64,000 nucleotides of DNA. It comes from Dehalococcoidia bacterium (GTDB lineage: Bacteria > Chloroflexota > Dehalococcoidia > Lucifugimonadales > UBA3495). The stretch is from assembly GCA_965261945.1 (NCBI GenBank), contig CBDHEF010000002.1, positions 1,743,327 to 1,807,326 on the forward strand, given 5' to 3'. This document shows, piece by piece, positions 44,427 through 53,466 of this stretch. The notes under the pieces were generated by a model, which did not search any database, was not told the origin of the DNA, and saw only the letters and a list, made by a program, of their open reading frames with translations. Positions within the stretch are counted from its first letter, which is position 1, and every line of letters begins with the position of its first letter. The position numbers and the translations under genes were made by a program.

Positions 44427-45707
44427 ATGACGACCAGCAAAGACTTCGAGGTTTTCGACAGCGACTCCCACGTAGTGGAGCCCCGGGATGTGTGGGAGAA
44501 ATACCTGGATCCCGAATACCGGGGCCTGGGCAAACACGCCCTCTGGCGGGAAGAGGGGCGTTTCGACTCGTACCTCAAGATAAACGGACAGGTGTTCCGG
44601 GACAACGGCAACCCCAACATCCCGCGCCATGCCATCTGGAAGCCCGGCATGACCTGGGACTCCGTCGGAGAGTTGGACCCGGACACCCGCCACCCGATGT
44701 GCGAGGGCGCCGGCGACCCGCAGGCCAGGCTCAACGATATGGACGACATGGGCATTGACCGGGCCTTCCTATATCCCACCTGGTTCGCCGAGGGGTTTCA
44801 CTTGGTGGAAGACCCGGACGTTTCCTACGCGCTGGCCCGGGCCTACAACGACTGGATTGCGGACTTCTGCCAGGCCGCGCCCGACCGCCTTTTCGCCGCC
44901 GCGATGGTCCCGCTCGGGAATATGGACTTCGCATTGGCGGAGTTGCGCCGCGTCGCCGGCATACGCTGCTTCCGCGGGGCTTTCATCCGCCCCATGTTCC
45001 TGGAGGGGCATTACTTCACTCACCCTTACTACGACCCTCTCTGGGCCGAACTGGAGAGCCTGGGATTGGCGGCCGCCGTGCATCCCACCGCCGGCCTGTG
45101 GAACCCGGAGTGGACTTCCCACGGGCCATTCATCGAAAAAGTGAAGGGGCGGCTCACCCAGACCCCCGCGCTGGGCGGCGGAGGTGGCGGGGCCTTTTCC
45201 GGCGGCAGCACCGACGACCGCAACCGTGCTTCTCCGGCATCGGGAATGGCGCCGCTGGGCCACCCCCTGGCGCCGATACTGTCGCATTGGCTGGACAACC
45301 ACCTCTTCGTCGCCTCCACGCTGATAGGCTATACCGTAATGCAGCGATTCCCGGAAATGAAGGTGGTTATGGCCCATGGGAAGGCCTCCTGGATGGATGA
45401 AGTTCTGGAAAAGATGGAGGCATCCACGCGGGTTATTCCACTCCAGCATTACTACCACGTCAGTACCGAACCTGAGGAGACGTGGGAGGAAGGCCGCGTC
45501 ATGCTCGGGTTCGACGCTGAAGAGCGCCTGATCCAGGAGCTTCCACATTCCTTCGCGAACAAAATCGTGTGGGGCTCCCGCTACCCTCACCACGACACCA
45601 CAAGCGCGTGGGAGGCCATAGAGATGCTGACTCAGGCGGACGTGGAGCGACCGGTCATCGCCCGGATGATGGGTGAAAACGCGAGGGAGCAATTCGGCTT
45701 GAGTTGA
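44427..45707 (+). CDS. amidohydrolase-2 family protein (paralogue of 43037..44401)
   Basis: FDSDSHVVEPRDVWEKYLDPEYR...AYNDWIADF...WGSRYPHHD. Confidence 0.8.
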   Translation: MTTSKDFEVFDSDSHVVEPRDVWEKYLDPEYRGLGKHALWREEGRFDSYLKINGQVFRDNGNPNIPRHAIWKPGMTWDSVGELDPDTRHPMCEGAGDPQARLNDMDDMGIDRAFLYPTWFAEGFHLVEDPDVSYALARAYNDWIADFCQAAPDRLFAAAMVPLGNMDFALAELRRVAGIRCFRGAFIRPMFLEGHYFTHPYYDPLWAELESLGLAAAVHPTAGLWNPEWTSHGPFIEKVKGRLTQTPALGGGGGGAFSGGSTDDRNRASPASGMAPLGHPLAPILSHWLDNHLFVASTLIGYTVMQRFPEMKVVMAHGKASWMDEVLEKMEASTRVIPLQHYYHVSTEPEETWEEGRVMLGFDAEERLIQELPHSFANKIVWGSRYPHHDTTSAWEAIEMLTQADVERPVIARMMGENAREQFGLS

Positions 45708-45775
45708 GCCCCCGCTCCCCGATAAGCGTCAATGCGCCCCGAAAGTCCTGCCCATCAACGCCGGGCAATCGGACA

Positions 45776-45803
45776 GGCCGGTCCTCCCATGATGGGACCG
45801 GCC
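45776..45803 (+). terminator. hairpin downstream of the amidohydrolase pair
   Basis: GGCCGGTCC-T-CCCATGAT-G-GGACCGGCC forms a 9-10 bp stem and is followed by AT-rich ATAATTATGTGT. Confidence 0.4.
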
Positions 45804-45886
45804 ATAATTATGTGTCCAATACAAGCCCCTGGGGCGGCTTGAGGAAAGAAACCGGAAGGACTGACCTGACCTAATAGGAGGACGAT

Positions 45887-46501
45887 ATGTCCAGCGAGTC
45901 CGTCAGCACGGAAAAACTGAGGTTTGACGATTGCACCGTGCCTGATACCAACGTCAGCGTCTACGAGGCTCTCTACCGCCGCCGCATGGCGTGGAACTTC
46001 AAAGACCAGCCGGTGCCCAGGGAGGCGCTGGCCCGTATGCTGGAGACCGCCGTCTGGGCGCCGAACCATCGCCTCACCGAACCCTGGCGGTTCTTCATCC
46101 TGGAGAAGGGCGGCGCGGCGCTGGAGCAGGTGGCCGGAATGGCCCACGACTTCGCCCTGCAGCGCAGCGGCAACGCACAGCGGGCCGAGGCCACCCGCGA
46201 TTCCCTGCTCAAGACCCCGGTGGTCATCTATATGTACTCCACCCCCGGACGCGACGAAGAGGGCACCCGGGAGAACTATGCGTCGGTCTGTTGCGCCGCC
46301 CACAACATAGCCCTGGCCGGAGTAGCCGAGGGCCTGGCGGTCACTTGGGAAACCGGCGGCCCCACCCGGCACCCGGACCTGGCGAAGACCCTGGGCGCCG
46401 AAGACGATTGGGAGCTGGCTACCATGCTCTCCATCGGCTACCCCGCCGAAGATCCCCCATCCCGGCGCACCCCGGTATCCAATTTCGTCCGGTGGTTGTA
46501 A
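45887..46501 (+). CDS. nitroreductase family protein
   Basis: RRMAWNFKDQPVPREALARMLETAVWAPNHRLTEPWRFFIL is the canonical nitroreductase N-terminal motif. Confidence 0.8.
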   Translation: MSSESVSTEKLRFDDCTVPDTNVSVYEALYRRRMAWNFKDQPVPREALARMLETAVWAPNHRLTEPWRFFILEKGGAALEQVAGMAHDFALQRSGNAQRAEATRDSLLKTPVVIYMYSTPGRDEEGTRENYASVCCAAHNIALAGVAEGLAVTWETGGPTRHPDLAKTLGAEDDWELATMLSIGYPAEDPPSRRTPVSNFVRWL

Positions 46502-46532
46502 CACCTTCCGCCGGAAAGAGGAAGGTCGTCAG

Positions 46533-47417
46533 TTGCGGGTACTGGTCATCGGAGCGAGCGGATTCATCGGGCGTCATCTTGTGCGGCGCCTGAACCAGAC
46601 GCATGGACATGAGGTCTCTGGCACCTTCCTGTCCCATGCTCCCGGAGCTGACAGCAACTCCTGGCGCCGGGTCGATCTGACCGACACAGCGGGCATGGAG
46701 CGGGTATTCCGCCTGGCCCGGCCCGATGCGGTGGTTCACCTTGCTGCCATCGCGGACGTGGGCATGGCGGAGAGGGATCCGGCGAGGGCCACGGCGGTCA
46801 ACGTGACCGCCACGTCGGAGATAGCCCGTCTGTGCGACCAACACGGGGCCAGGCTGGTTTTCGTTTCCACGGAGTATGTATTTGACGGTGGGCGCGGCTT
46901 TTACCGGGAGGATGACACCCCCAACCCAACGACTCACTATGGCCGGACCAAGTGGGAGGCTGAGCAGGAGGTGACCAGACTTGCCTCCCGATGGAGCATC
47001 CTCCGCACCAGCATCGTTTACGGCTGGCCGGCGCCGGGACGACGGAATTTTGTCCCCTGGCTGATTGAGCGTCTTCGGGGCGGTGATGCGTACCACGGCC
47101 CCACCGTGGTATATCGAACGCCGGTTTACGTTGAACACCTCGCGGCCGGCATCGCAAAACTTGTGGAGGAGGATTACGCGGGCATCCACCACGTTGCGGG
47201 CGGGGATTGGGTGAGTATGTATGACTTCGCCGAAGCAGTGGCAGAGGGGTTCGAACTGGACCGGGCGTTGGTGATCCCGGCGGATGACGCGGGTGAAACC
47301 CGGAGCGGCGATATGCTGGGGCTGGACTGCGCCAGGACGATTAGTTTGCTGGGACTGGCGCAACCGGGACTGGCCGAAGGAATCGCGGCGATGCGGGCAG
47401 GCGCGCCGGGCGCCTGA
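46533..47417 (+). CDS. NAD(P)-dependent sugar-nucleotide reductase/epimerase-like SDR (RmlD-like)
   Basis: VLVIGASGFIGRHL Rossmann motif, YGRTK as YxxxK, and STEYVFDG. TTG start. Confidence 0.7.
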   Translation: MRVLVIGASGFIGRHLVRRLNQTHGHEVSGTFLSHAPGADSNSWRRVDLTDTAGMERVFRLARPDAVVHLAAIADVGMAERDPARATAVNVTATSEIARLCDQHGARLVFVSTEYVFDGGRGFYREDDTPNPTTHYGRTKWEAEQEVTRLASRWSILRTSIVYGWPAPGRRNFVPWLIERLRGGDAYHGPTVVYRTPVYVEHLAAGIAKLVEEDYAGIHHVAGGDWVSMYDFAEAVAEGFELDRALVIPADDAGETRSGDMLGLDCARTISLLGLAQPGLAEGIAAMRAGAPGA

Positions 47418-47419
47418 CG

Positions 47420-47488
47420 GTAAATTCAACCGGCGCCTGCAAATTCAACCGCGCTTGCAAATTCAATTAAAGCAGACAGCAAATTGGA
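47420..47488. repeat. iterated (G)CAAATTCAA motif upstream of the SMP-30 gene
   Basis: GTAAATTCAACCG (47420), GCAAATTCAACCG (47439), GCAAATTCAATT (47457) and GCAAATTGGA (47479) are spaced about 18-22 bp apart. GAGGAGG and ATG 47510 follow. Confidence 0.5.
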
Positions 47489-47509
47489 CGCCGCTGAAGA
47501 GGAGGCGAT

Positions 47510-48424
47510 ATGCCCATCGAGCAGGTCTCACCGGAGTTGGAGCGCATTGTGTCGCCGGACCAGGAAGTGGAGGCGCTGGGCGCCGGCTACATAGTCGGCG
47601 AAGGGCCTTTGTGGTGGCAGGAAGACCAGAGCCTGTTGTTCAGCGAGGTACGGGGCAACCGGCGGTGGAAATGGTCTGCCAGTGAAGGGATGTCGCTGGT
47701 CCAGGAATCCACCAACAACGCCAACGGCCTAACCCGCGACCCGCAGGGCAGGCTGGTGATGTGCGAGGGCGGTGCGCGGCGGGTGACGCGGGTCGAGCAC
47801 GACGGCAGCATCACCGTGATAGCCAGCAGCTACCACGGACGGCCCCTGAACCGGCCCAACGACGTGGTGGTGAAGTCCGACGGCAGCATCTACTTCACCG
47901 ATCCCGGCGGCCCCTCCCCGGACACCGACCTGGATTTCGCCGGGGTGTATCGAGTTTCTCCAGACCTTGGCGCCATCAACCTGCTGGTGCGGGACTACGT
48001 GCTGCCCAACGGCCTGGCATTTTCGCCAGACGAGAGAATACTCTATATCAACGATTCCCTGGGACTGCTGGTGCGTGACGATATGTTCCGAAGCCTCGGA
48101 TATATCGACGCCTTCGACGTGCGGCCCAACGGGATGCTGGCCAACCGGCGGCTGTTCTGCGAGTTGAGAGGAGAAAGGTCCGGCATTCCCGACGGCATGA
48201 AGGTGGACGTGGAGGGCAACGTCTATTGCACCGGCCCGGGCGGAGTCTGGGTGATGGACTCCAGCGGCAAACACCTGGGAACCATACTGACAGAGGTGGA
48301 GCACACCACCAACATGGCGTGGGGCGGCGACGACTGGAAGACCCTATTCATCACCACATTTGAAACGGTGGCGCGCATCCAGTTGAAGATACCCGGCCTG
48401 GCGGTTCCGGCTCAGGCGCAATAG
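47510..48424 (+). CDS. SMP-30/gluconolactonase/LRE family protein
   Basis: GEGPLWW...NGL..D.QGRL..C......RPNDVVV..DG.IYFTD...PNGLAFSPDE..LY...DG..VD..GN are six-blade propeller motifs. Confidence 0.8.
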   Translation: MPIEQVSPELERIVSPDQEVEALGAGYIVGEGPLWWQEDQSLLFSEVRGNRRWKWSASEGMSLVQESTNNANGLTRDPQGRLVMCEGGARRVTRVEHDGSITVIASSYHGRPLNRPNDVVVKSDGSIYFTDPGGPSPDTDLDFAGVYRVSPDLGAINLLVRDYVLPNGLAFSPDERILYINDSLGLLVRDDMFRSLGYIDAFDVRPNGMLANRRLFCELRGERSGIPDGMKVDVEGNVYCTGPGGVWVMDSSGKHLGTILTEVEHTTNMAWGGDDWKTLFITTFETVARIQLKIPGLAVPAQAQ

Positions 48425-48440
48425 AGGGGCAGGGGCTTTT

Positions 48441-48583
48441 GGTCCTCCCCCCCGGGGAGGATTTAGTTATTCCCTCTCCCACCGGGGGAGGGTTAGGGTG
48501 GGGGCGTCCCTGCTGGTGAGCCAACATTGTGTCATCCCAAGCATTCTCCCTCACCCCAACCCTCTCCCTTAAGGGAGAGGGAG
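48441..48583. repeat. archetypal single-core copy of the composite element (H-R-C-H') preceded by an extra small hairpin
   Basis: Extra hairpin: TCCTCCCCCCCGGGGAGGA (48443-48461). H: TTCCCTCTCCCACCGGGGGAGGGTTAGGGTGG (48470-48501). R: GGGCGTCCCTGCTGGTGAGCCAACATTG (48502-48529). C: TGTCATCCCAAGCATTCT (48530-48547). H': CCCTCACCCCAACCCTCTCCCTTAAGGGAGAGGGAG. Confidence 0.7.
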
Positions 48584-48602
48584 AATAGAGAGACCCTGCG
48601 CC

Positions 48603-49496
48603 CTATGGCAGGTACTTGTCCTCCAGATCCCGGATGCGTTGCGCCCCCAGTATGCCGCCGTTGCTGGCCGCGCCCCACCTGCTCTGGGCAGCGGACGCCA
48701 GAAAGTCGTCGATGGCGCCGGTGCCGTGCTCCTGGAAGTCGTTGAGGAAGTCCCACGATGCCTGAAGTCCCGCCATCGTGGTCAGCGACGGATACCACGC
48801 CGCGGCCGCTCCGGCATCCTGCAACTCTGCCAGGGTGGGATGAGTCTCGCTGCCGTGGGTGAACAGGGGCAGCACCGGCCCGGGAATCCGGCGAATGGCC
48901 TCCTGGTTGTCCTCCCACGATGAAACGGCGGGACAGACCACGTCCGGGTTGGCCTGGCTCTTGTAGGCCAGGCAGCGCTCCATGACGCCCTCGAAGGTCG
49001 CCCCGGGGACACCGGCGAAATCACACCGGGCTACGATAACGAAGTCCGGGTCAAATTCCATCTTGGCGTCCATCGCCGCCCTCAGCTTGCCCACCATCTC
49101 CTCGATGGAGACGCAGCGGCGCCGGGGGCCGGTCTTGGGCGGGTAGGTCTGGTCTTCCAGGTGGGCTCCGGCTATGCCGGCCCGGATGTACTCCTTCACC
49201 GTCTCGTACACCGTTATGGCGTCGCCGTAGCCGGTGTCCATGTCGCAGAACACCGGAATCTCCACCGTATTCACGATGCGCCTGGCGTTGTCCACCATAT
49301 CCCGCATACTGGTGCCGCCCTCAGTCCAGCCCATGAGCTGGGCCGAGGTATTGCCCCCGGACATATAGAACGCCTCGTACCCCAGCGCCTCGGCCATCCT
49401 GGCGCCCATGGCGTTCATTCCTCCGGCCAGCACAAAAATCTCCGGGCGCTCGAACAGCTCCTTGAGCCGCGTGGTCATGCGTATCTTATCCGGCAT
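48603..49496 (-). CDS. PEP mutase / isocitrate lyase family enzyme (third paralogue)
   Basis: IPVFCDMDTGYGDAITV...AGIAGAHLEDQTYPPK...FVIVARCD. Confidence 0.8.
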   Translation of the reverse strand: MPDKIRMTTRLKELFERPEIFVLAGGMNAMGARMAEALGYEAFYMSGGNTSAQLMGWTEGGTSMRDMVDNARRIVNTVEIPVFCDMDTGYGDAITVYETVKEYIRAGIAGAHLEDQTYPPKTGPRRRCVSIEEMVGKLRAAMDAKMEFDPDFVIVARCDFAGVPGATFEGVMERCLAYKSQANPDVVCPAVSSWEDNQEAIRRIPGPVLPLFTHGSETHPTLAELQDAGAAAAWYPSLTTMAGLQASWDFLNDFQEHGTGAIDDFLASAAQSRWGAASNGGILGAQRIRDLEDKYLP

Positions 49497-49557
49497 AGCC
49501 CTGCCTCCTTCTCGATATTCCTTGATGACCCTGTCTTGCCGGGAACACCCTGAACCG

Positions 49558-50115
49558 CTAGACGGGAAGCACAGGTTCGGTCCCGCCTGTGGGCAGGTCG
49601 ATTTCGAACGAGTTGGCGTTGTAGGCCAGCAGCGTATAGTAGCCCATCATGGTCGAGAGCTCGGTGAGCCACCGGGGGCCGAACTGGTCAATGGCCCGCT
49701 GGTAAGTTTCCGGGCTAACCCGGTGGTTGTTGAACATCTCGGTGGCATAGGCCACGAGGGCCGCCTCGTCCGGCGGCATATCCGGCAGAGGCTTGCGGTC
49801 CCGCAGGGCGTCAACCAGCTCATCGCTCAGGCCCTGCTGCCGTCCGCGCACCGAATGAGCGAACCAGATGTACTGGCAGTCCATGTGCCGGGCCGTCAGC
49901 AGCATGGCCAGTTCCTGGAGCTTGTGGGGCAGGTCGGTTACCTCCCGGAAATAGCCGACCAGGTGGTTGGCCCGCCGACGCATCTCCGGGCTGTAGATCA
50001 TCGCCGAGCCTGGGCCGGACTCCACGACTCCGCCGCTGGCGGCGGTTTCCTCGTCGAATGCCTCCAGGAACTGCTCCGGGGCATGGTCCCGGGTTAAAAT
50101 TGGCAGCCGCGCCAT
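49558..50115 (-). CDS. carboxymuconolactone decarboxylase (AhpD-like) family protein
   Basis: About 185 aa, helical. LAMLLTARHMDCQYIWFAHS...LSDELVDAL is the typical CMD-domain pattern. Confidence 0.7.
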   Translation of the reverse strand: MARLPILTRDHAPEQFLEAFDEETAASGGVVESGPGSAMIYSPEMRRRANHLVGYFREVTDLPHKLQELAMLLTARHMDCQYIWFAHSVRGRQQGLSDELVDALRDRKPLPDMPPDEAALVAYATEMFNNHRVSPETYQRAIDQFGPRWLTELSTMMGYYTLLAYNANSFEIDLPTGGTEPVLPV

Positions 50116-50387
50116 ATCGCACCCCTTTCTTCAGTTGAATGTTGATGAATGTTGAAAATGCCGTGAACAGCCTTCATTATAGCCCCGCGCAACAGCCATA
50201 GCCCCAACCCAACACCGTGAAGCGTTCCGGGGGCAGGGTCGGCTTCAGTTATACTTCTGCTAACGGCAGCAAGTAAGTCTCCCGCGGCGAAGCCGAGTCT
50301 TCCAGGGCGAGCGTTGGCGAAGTCGCTGAGGACCCTACGGCCCATTGCGCATATCAGTGAGGCAACCATTGGATTGGAGGGGCCCTG

Positions 50388-52013
50388 ATGTCCGGCCTAG
50401 ATCGAGCCTTCGAGGAAATAGACCGTTACCTGGAACGCCGGATCGAGGAAGTCAACATACCGGGATTGGCCGTCGCGGTCACCGACCGGGAGAAGACCCT
50501 CCGGGCGTCCACCTTCGGCTACGCCGAGGTCGCCTCGGGCACGCCGGTGCAGCCCGGCACTATGTTCGAGATTGGCTCCATCGGCAAGTCATTCACCAAC
50601 ATCGCCCTGATGCAGCTTCACGACGAAGGCCGCCTGGACCTGCAAGCGCCGGTGTCGCGTTACCTGCCGTGGTTCGAGGTGCAGTCCGATTACGCTCCCA
50701 TCACCACGCATCACCTGATGACCCACACCGCCGGGCTGGTAAGCGGAACCGACATCGGCGCGCATGGCCTGTACGAAGCCTGGGCCCTGCGGGACAGCCG
50801 TGCCGTGGCGCCTCCCGGAGAGTATTTCCGCTATTCAAACGTCGGCTACAAGACTTTGGGTTTCCTGCTGGAGGAAGTGGACGGCAGGCCATACCCCGAC
50901 GCCATACAAGCGCGGGTGCTGGACCCGTTGGGGATGAGCGATTCCCACCCCGTCATTGGATTCGAAACACGGAAACGGGCGGCGGTGGGCTACCGGAGCT
51001 TCTACGACGACCGGCCGGAACACAGAGACCACGGACTGGTCCCGGCGCTGTGGACCGAATACGGAGTGGGCGACGGCTGCCAGGCATCAACCGCCGGTGA
51101 CATGGCTGTCTATTTGAAGATGCTTATGAACCGGGGCGCCGGGCCAGCGGGCCGGGTAATGTCCGAGGAAAGTTTCCGCCTTATGGCCCAGCGGGTTATA
51201 GCGACCCAACAGTGGGGAGGCGCCAACTACGGTTATGGGCTGACCCTGGCGGATGTTGACGGCCACACCTACCTGGGGCACGGCGGCAGCGCCACCGGCT
51301 TCGTGTCGGCGATGATTGCCGACCTGGACGATGGCATCGGGGTGGTGGTCCTGGTCAATGGCCTCGTGGCGTCCTACGGCGCCGTGGGGATGGCAATGCA
51401 TCTGCTGAAACTGCTCCGGGCCGGATTGAGCCAGCAGGAGATGCCCCCACCGCCGACCGTTGCCGACCCGGCCCTGGTGAGCAATGCGGCCGATTACGCT
51501 GGCATCTATGACGGCGACGGAGAACGCCTGGCCCTCACCGCCAGGGGCAGCCGGCTGGTATTGGAATGGCGCGGCCAGGATGTTGTACTGCAACGGCGCG
51601 GCGAGGACAACTTCTACCTGCCTCACCCCGAACTTGAGCATTTCCTGCTGGAGTTCGGGCGCGACGGCGGCCGGATTGTGGAAGCGTTTCACGGCCCCGG
51701 CTGGTATGTCGGCGCATCATATTCCGGTCCGGGTAGCTTCGACCACCCCGTAGAGTGGGATGGCTTCCTCGGGCACTACCGGACTTACAATTTCGGTCTG
51801 ACGAATTTCCGCATCGTGCTTCGGAAAGGCGCGCTGTTGCTGCTCTACCCCACGGGCAGTCACGAGCCGCTGATTCCCTTGGGCGACGGCCTGTTTCGCA
51901 TCGGCGATGACCTGCGCTCGCCGGAAACCCTGGGCTTCGATTCGGTTGCGTCGGGCAGGGCATTGCGCGCCGTCTATTCCGGCTGCCCCTACTATCGCAC
52001 CTACACCCCGTAG
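50388..52013 (+). CDS. serine hydrolase (beta-lactamase / PBP4*-like, class C fold)
   Basis: FEIGSIGKSFT carries the SxxK motif, with YSNVGY as the YxN motif and HGGS.TGF. There is a C-terminal extra domain. Confidence 0.8.
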   Translation: MSGLDRAFEEIDRYLERRIEEVNIPGLAVAVTDREKTLRASTFGYAEVASGTPVQPGTMFEIGSIGKSFTNIALMQLHDEGRLDLQAPVSRYLPWFEVQSDYAPITTHHLMTHTAGLVSGTDIGAHGLYEAWALRDSRAVAPPGEYFRYSNVGYKTLGFLLEEVDGRPYPDAIQARVLDPLGMSDSHPVIGFETRKRAAVGYRSFYDDRPEHRDHGLVPALWTEYGVGDGCQASTAGDMAVYLKMLMNRGAGPAGRVMSEESFRLMAQRVIATQQWGGANYGYGLTLADVDGHTYLGHGGSATGFVSAMIADLDDGIGVVVLVNGLVASYGAVGMAMHLLKLLRAGLSQQEMPPPPTVADPALVSNAADYAGIYDGDGERLALTARGSRLVLEWRGQDVVLQRRGEDNFYLPHPELEHFLLEFGRDGGRIVEAFHGPGWYVGASYSGPGSFDHPVEWDGFLGHYRTYNFGLTNFRIVLRKGALLLLYPTGSHEPLIPLGDGLFRIGDDLRSPETLGFDSVASGRALRAVYSGCPYYRTYTP

Positions 52014-52198
52014 GCGGGAATGGCAGCGTCCCGTCAGCCGGTGTGAATGGCGTCATCCTTTTTCGTTGCTTAGTCCGCCTCCCGGTTATCTCCTCTCCTG
52101 TACAGCAGTTCCAAAACGTCCATCTTATAGAACAGGACGAAGGAGATGGCCGGACAGCCGACAGTGCAAACGTCGGCGCAAGCCAGGGAAGGCACGGG

Positions 52199-53428
52199 CT
52201 AGACTATGGCGACTGCGGTGACCTCGAACAGGAGTTCAGGGACCAGACGGTCGTGCGGGCCGGGCCGGCGGATGCGGTGCATCGAGACTCCGGTGGCCGA
52301 GGGGAAGCTGTCGCCGAAGAACTTGCGGCGCACCTCCCCGACCCGCCGATAGGCCGACAGTCCGTTGGGCGGTACCCACTCGATGGTGTTGACCACGTCG
52401 TCCATGGAGTAGCCGCCCTCGGCCAACACCCGCGCCAGGTTGCCGTAGGATTGCTCGGCCTGGGCCACTATGTCGAAGGGAGCCACGCCGGTGGCGGTCG
52501 TATGGTCAACGCCCGCTTGCGCCGAGAGTTGCAGCATCCGTCCCTTTTTTACTCCCGGAACGTAAGTCGCGCCGCCGTAGCTTGGCTCCCAGCCCGGCAC
52601 CTGTATCTCCTCCCGGTTTCCGCCCAGCACCGCGACCGCTTCGACTTCCACGTGACCCTCGGGGCGGAGCAGCCGGTTTACCGTGATGCCGGTGTTGGCC
52701 GGGTATTCACCCTTGAAAAACTCGCGGCGCGAGTCGGCAGCCCCGCCGTCATACCGGAGCCACGCCTGTGGCGACACGTATTCCAGGGTCTTTACCACGT
52801 CAGAGGGAGCGGCGCCGGCTGCCTCAAGCACACTGCCCACGATTTCGTAGGTAAGCCCCATCTGGCGGCCCGTGTCCTGGGGAAAGGACGCCTGCCCCTC
52901 CGCCTCTTCGCTGCCGACGAAGCCGGAAGTCCAGAGCGTGTCGCCGGCGATCACGCCGGGCACGTAGGTAAGGGAACCGTACCGGTCGTAGCCGGGATTG
53001 ACGGCGCGCTTTCCCCCGCGCACCGCCACCGCGCTGACCTCCAGCAGGGCATCGGGTCGGAGCAGCCGCTCCACGCAGATTCCGGTGGAGCCCACCGGAG
53101 CGCCGCCCAGGAATTCCCGGCGGATCGCGCCGGTCTCGCGATACTGAGGCAGGGCCGTCGGGTCGATGTAGTCCACCGTCTGCACCACGTTGTCGAAGGA
53201 CATCCCGGCGGCTTCCAGCACTACGCCCAGCTTTTCGTAGATAACCCTGGTCTGGTCGAGCAAATCGCCCTTGCAAACGACGCCGCCCGCTGCTGGGTCA
53301 TACTCGCTGGCCGTCTGCCCGGCGAGATACAGGATCCCGCCGCTTTCCGCACCCAGGCAGAAGGTGTAGCGGTTCAGGTCCAGCCACGGAAATTTCTCCG
53401 GATCGACCTCGACCATGTTTCTGGGCAT
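52199..53428 (-). CDS. triple-domain RidA/YjgF/L-PSP fusion protein
   Basis: Three consecutive roughly 130-aa RidA-like units end in LLEVSAVAV, HVEVEAVAV and LFEVTAVAI. GGAG lies 5 nt upstream of ATG 53428. Track ORF 52199..53950 trimmed. Confidence 0.75.
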   Translation of the reverse strand: MPRNMVEVDPEKFPWLDLNRYTFCLGAESGGILYLAGQTASEYDPAAGGVVCKGDLLDQTRVIYEKLGVVLEAAGMSFDNVVQTVDYIDPTALPQYRETGAIRREFLGGAPVGSTGICVERLLRPDALLEVSAVAVRGGKRAVNPGYDRYGSLTYVPGVIAGDTLWTSGFVGSEEAEGQASFPQDTGRQMGLTYEIVGSVLEAAGAAPSDVVKTLEYVSPQAWLRYDGGAADSRREFFKGEYPANTGITVNRLLRPEGHVEVEAVAVLGGNREEIQVPGWEPSYGGATYVPGVKKGRMLQLSAQAGVDHTTATGVAPFDIVAQAEQSYGNLARVLAEGGYSMDDVVNTIEWVPPNGLSAYRRVGEVRRKFFGDSFPSATGVSMHRIRRPGPHDRLVPELLFEVTAVAIV

Positions 53429-53466
53429 AACAACTCCGCGCCGACAGGGGGATTGAAGCCGGGAAT

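Noticed and set aside
41873-47429. Shadow ORFs 41873..42868 (+), 43466..44779 (-), 44769..45692 (-) and 46419..47429 (-)
   Set aside because: They lie opposite the AKR, the two amidohydrolases and the RmlD-like SDR. Their composition is low in complexity.
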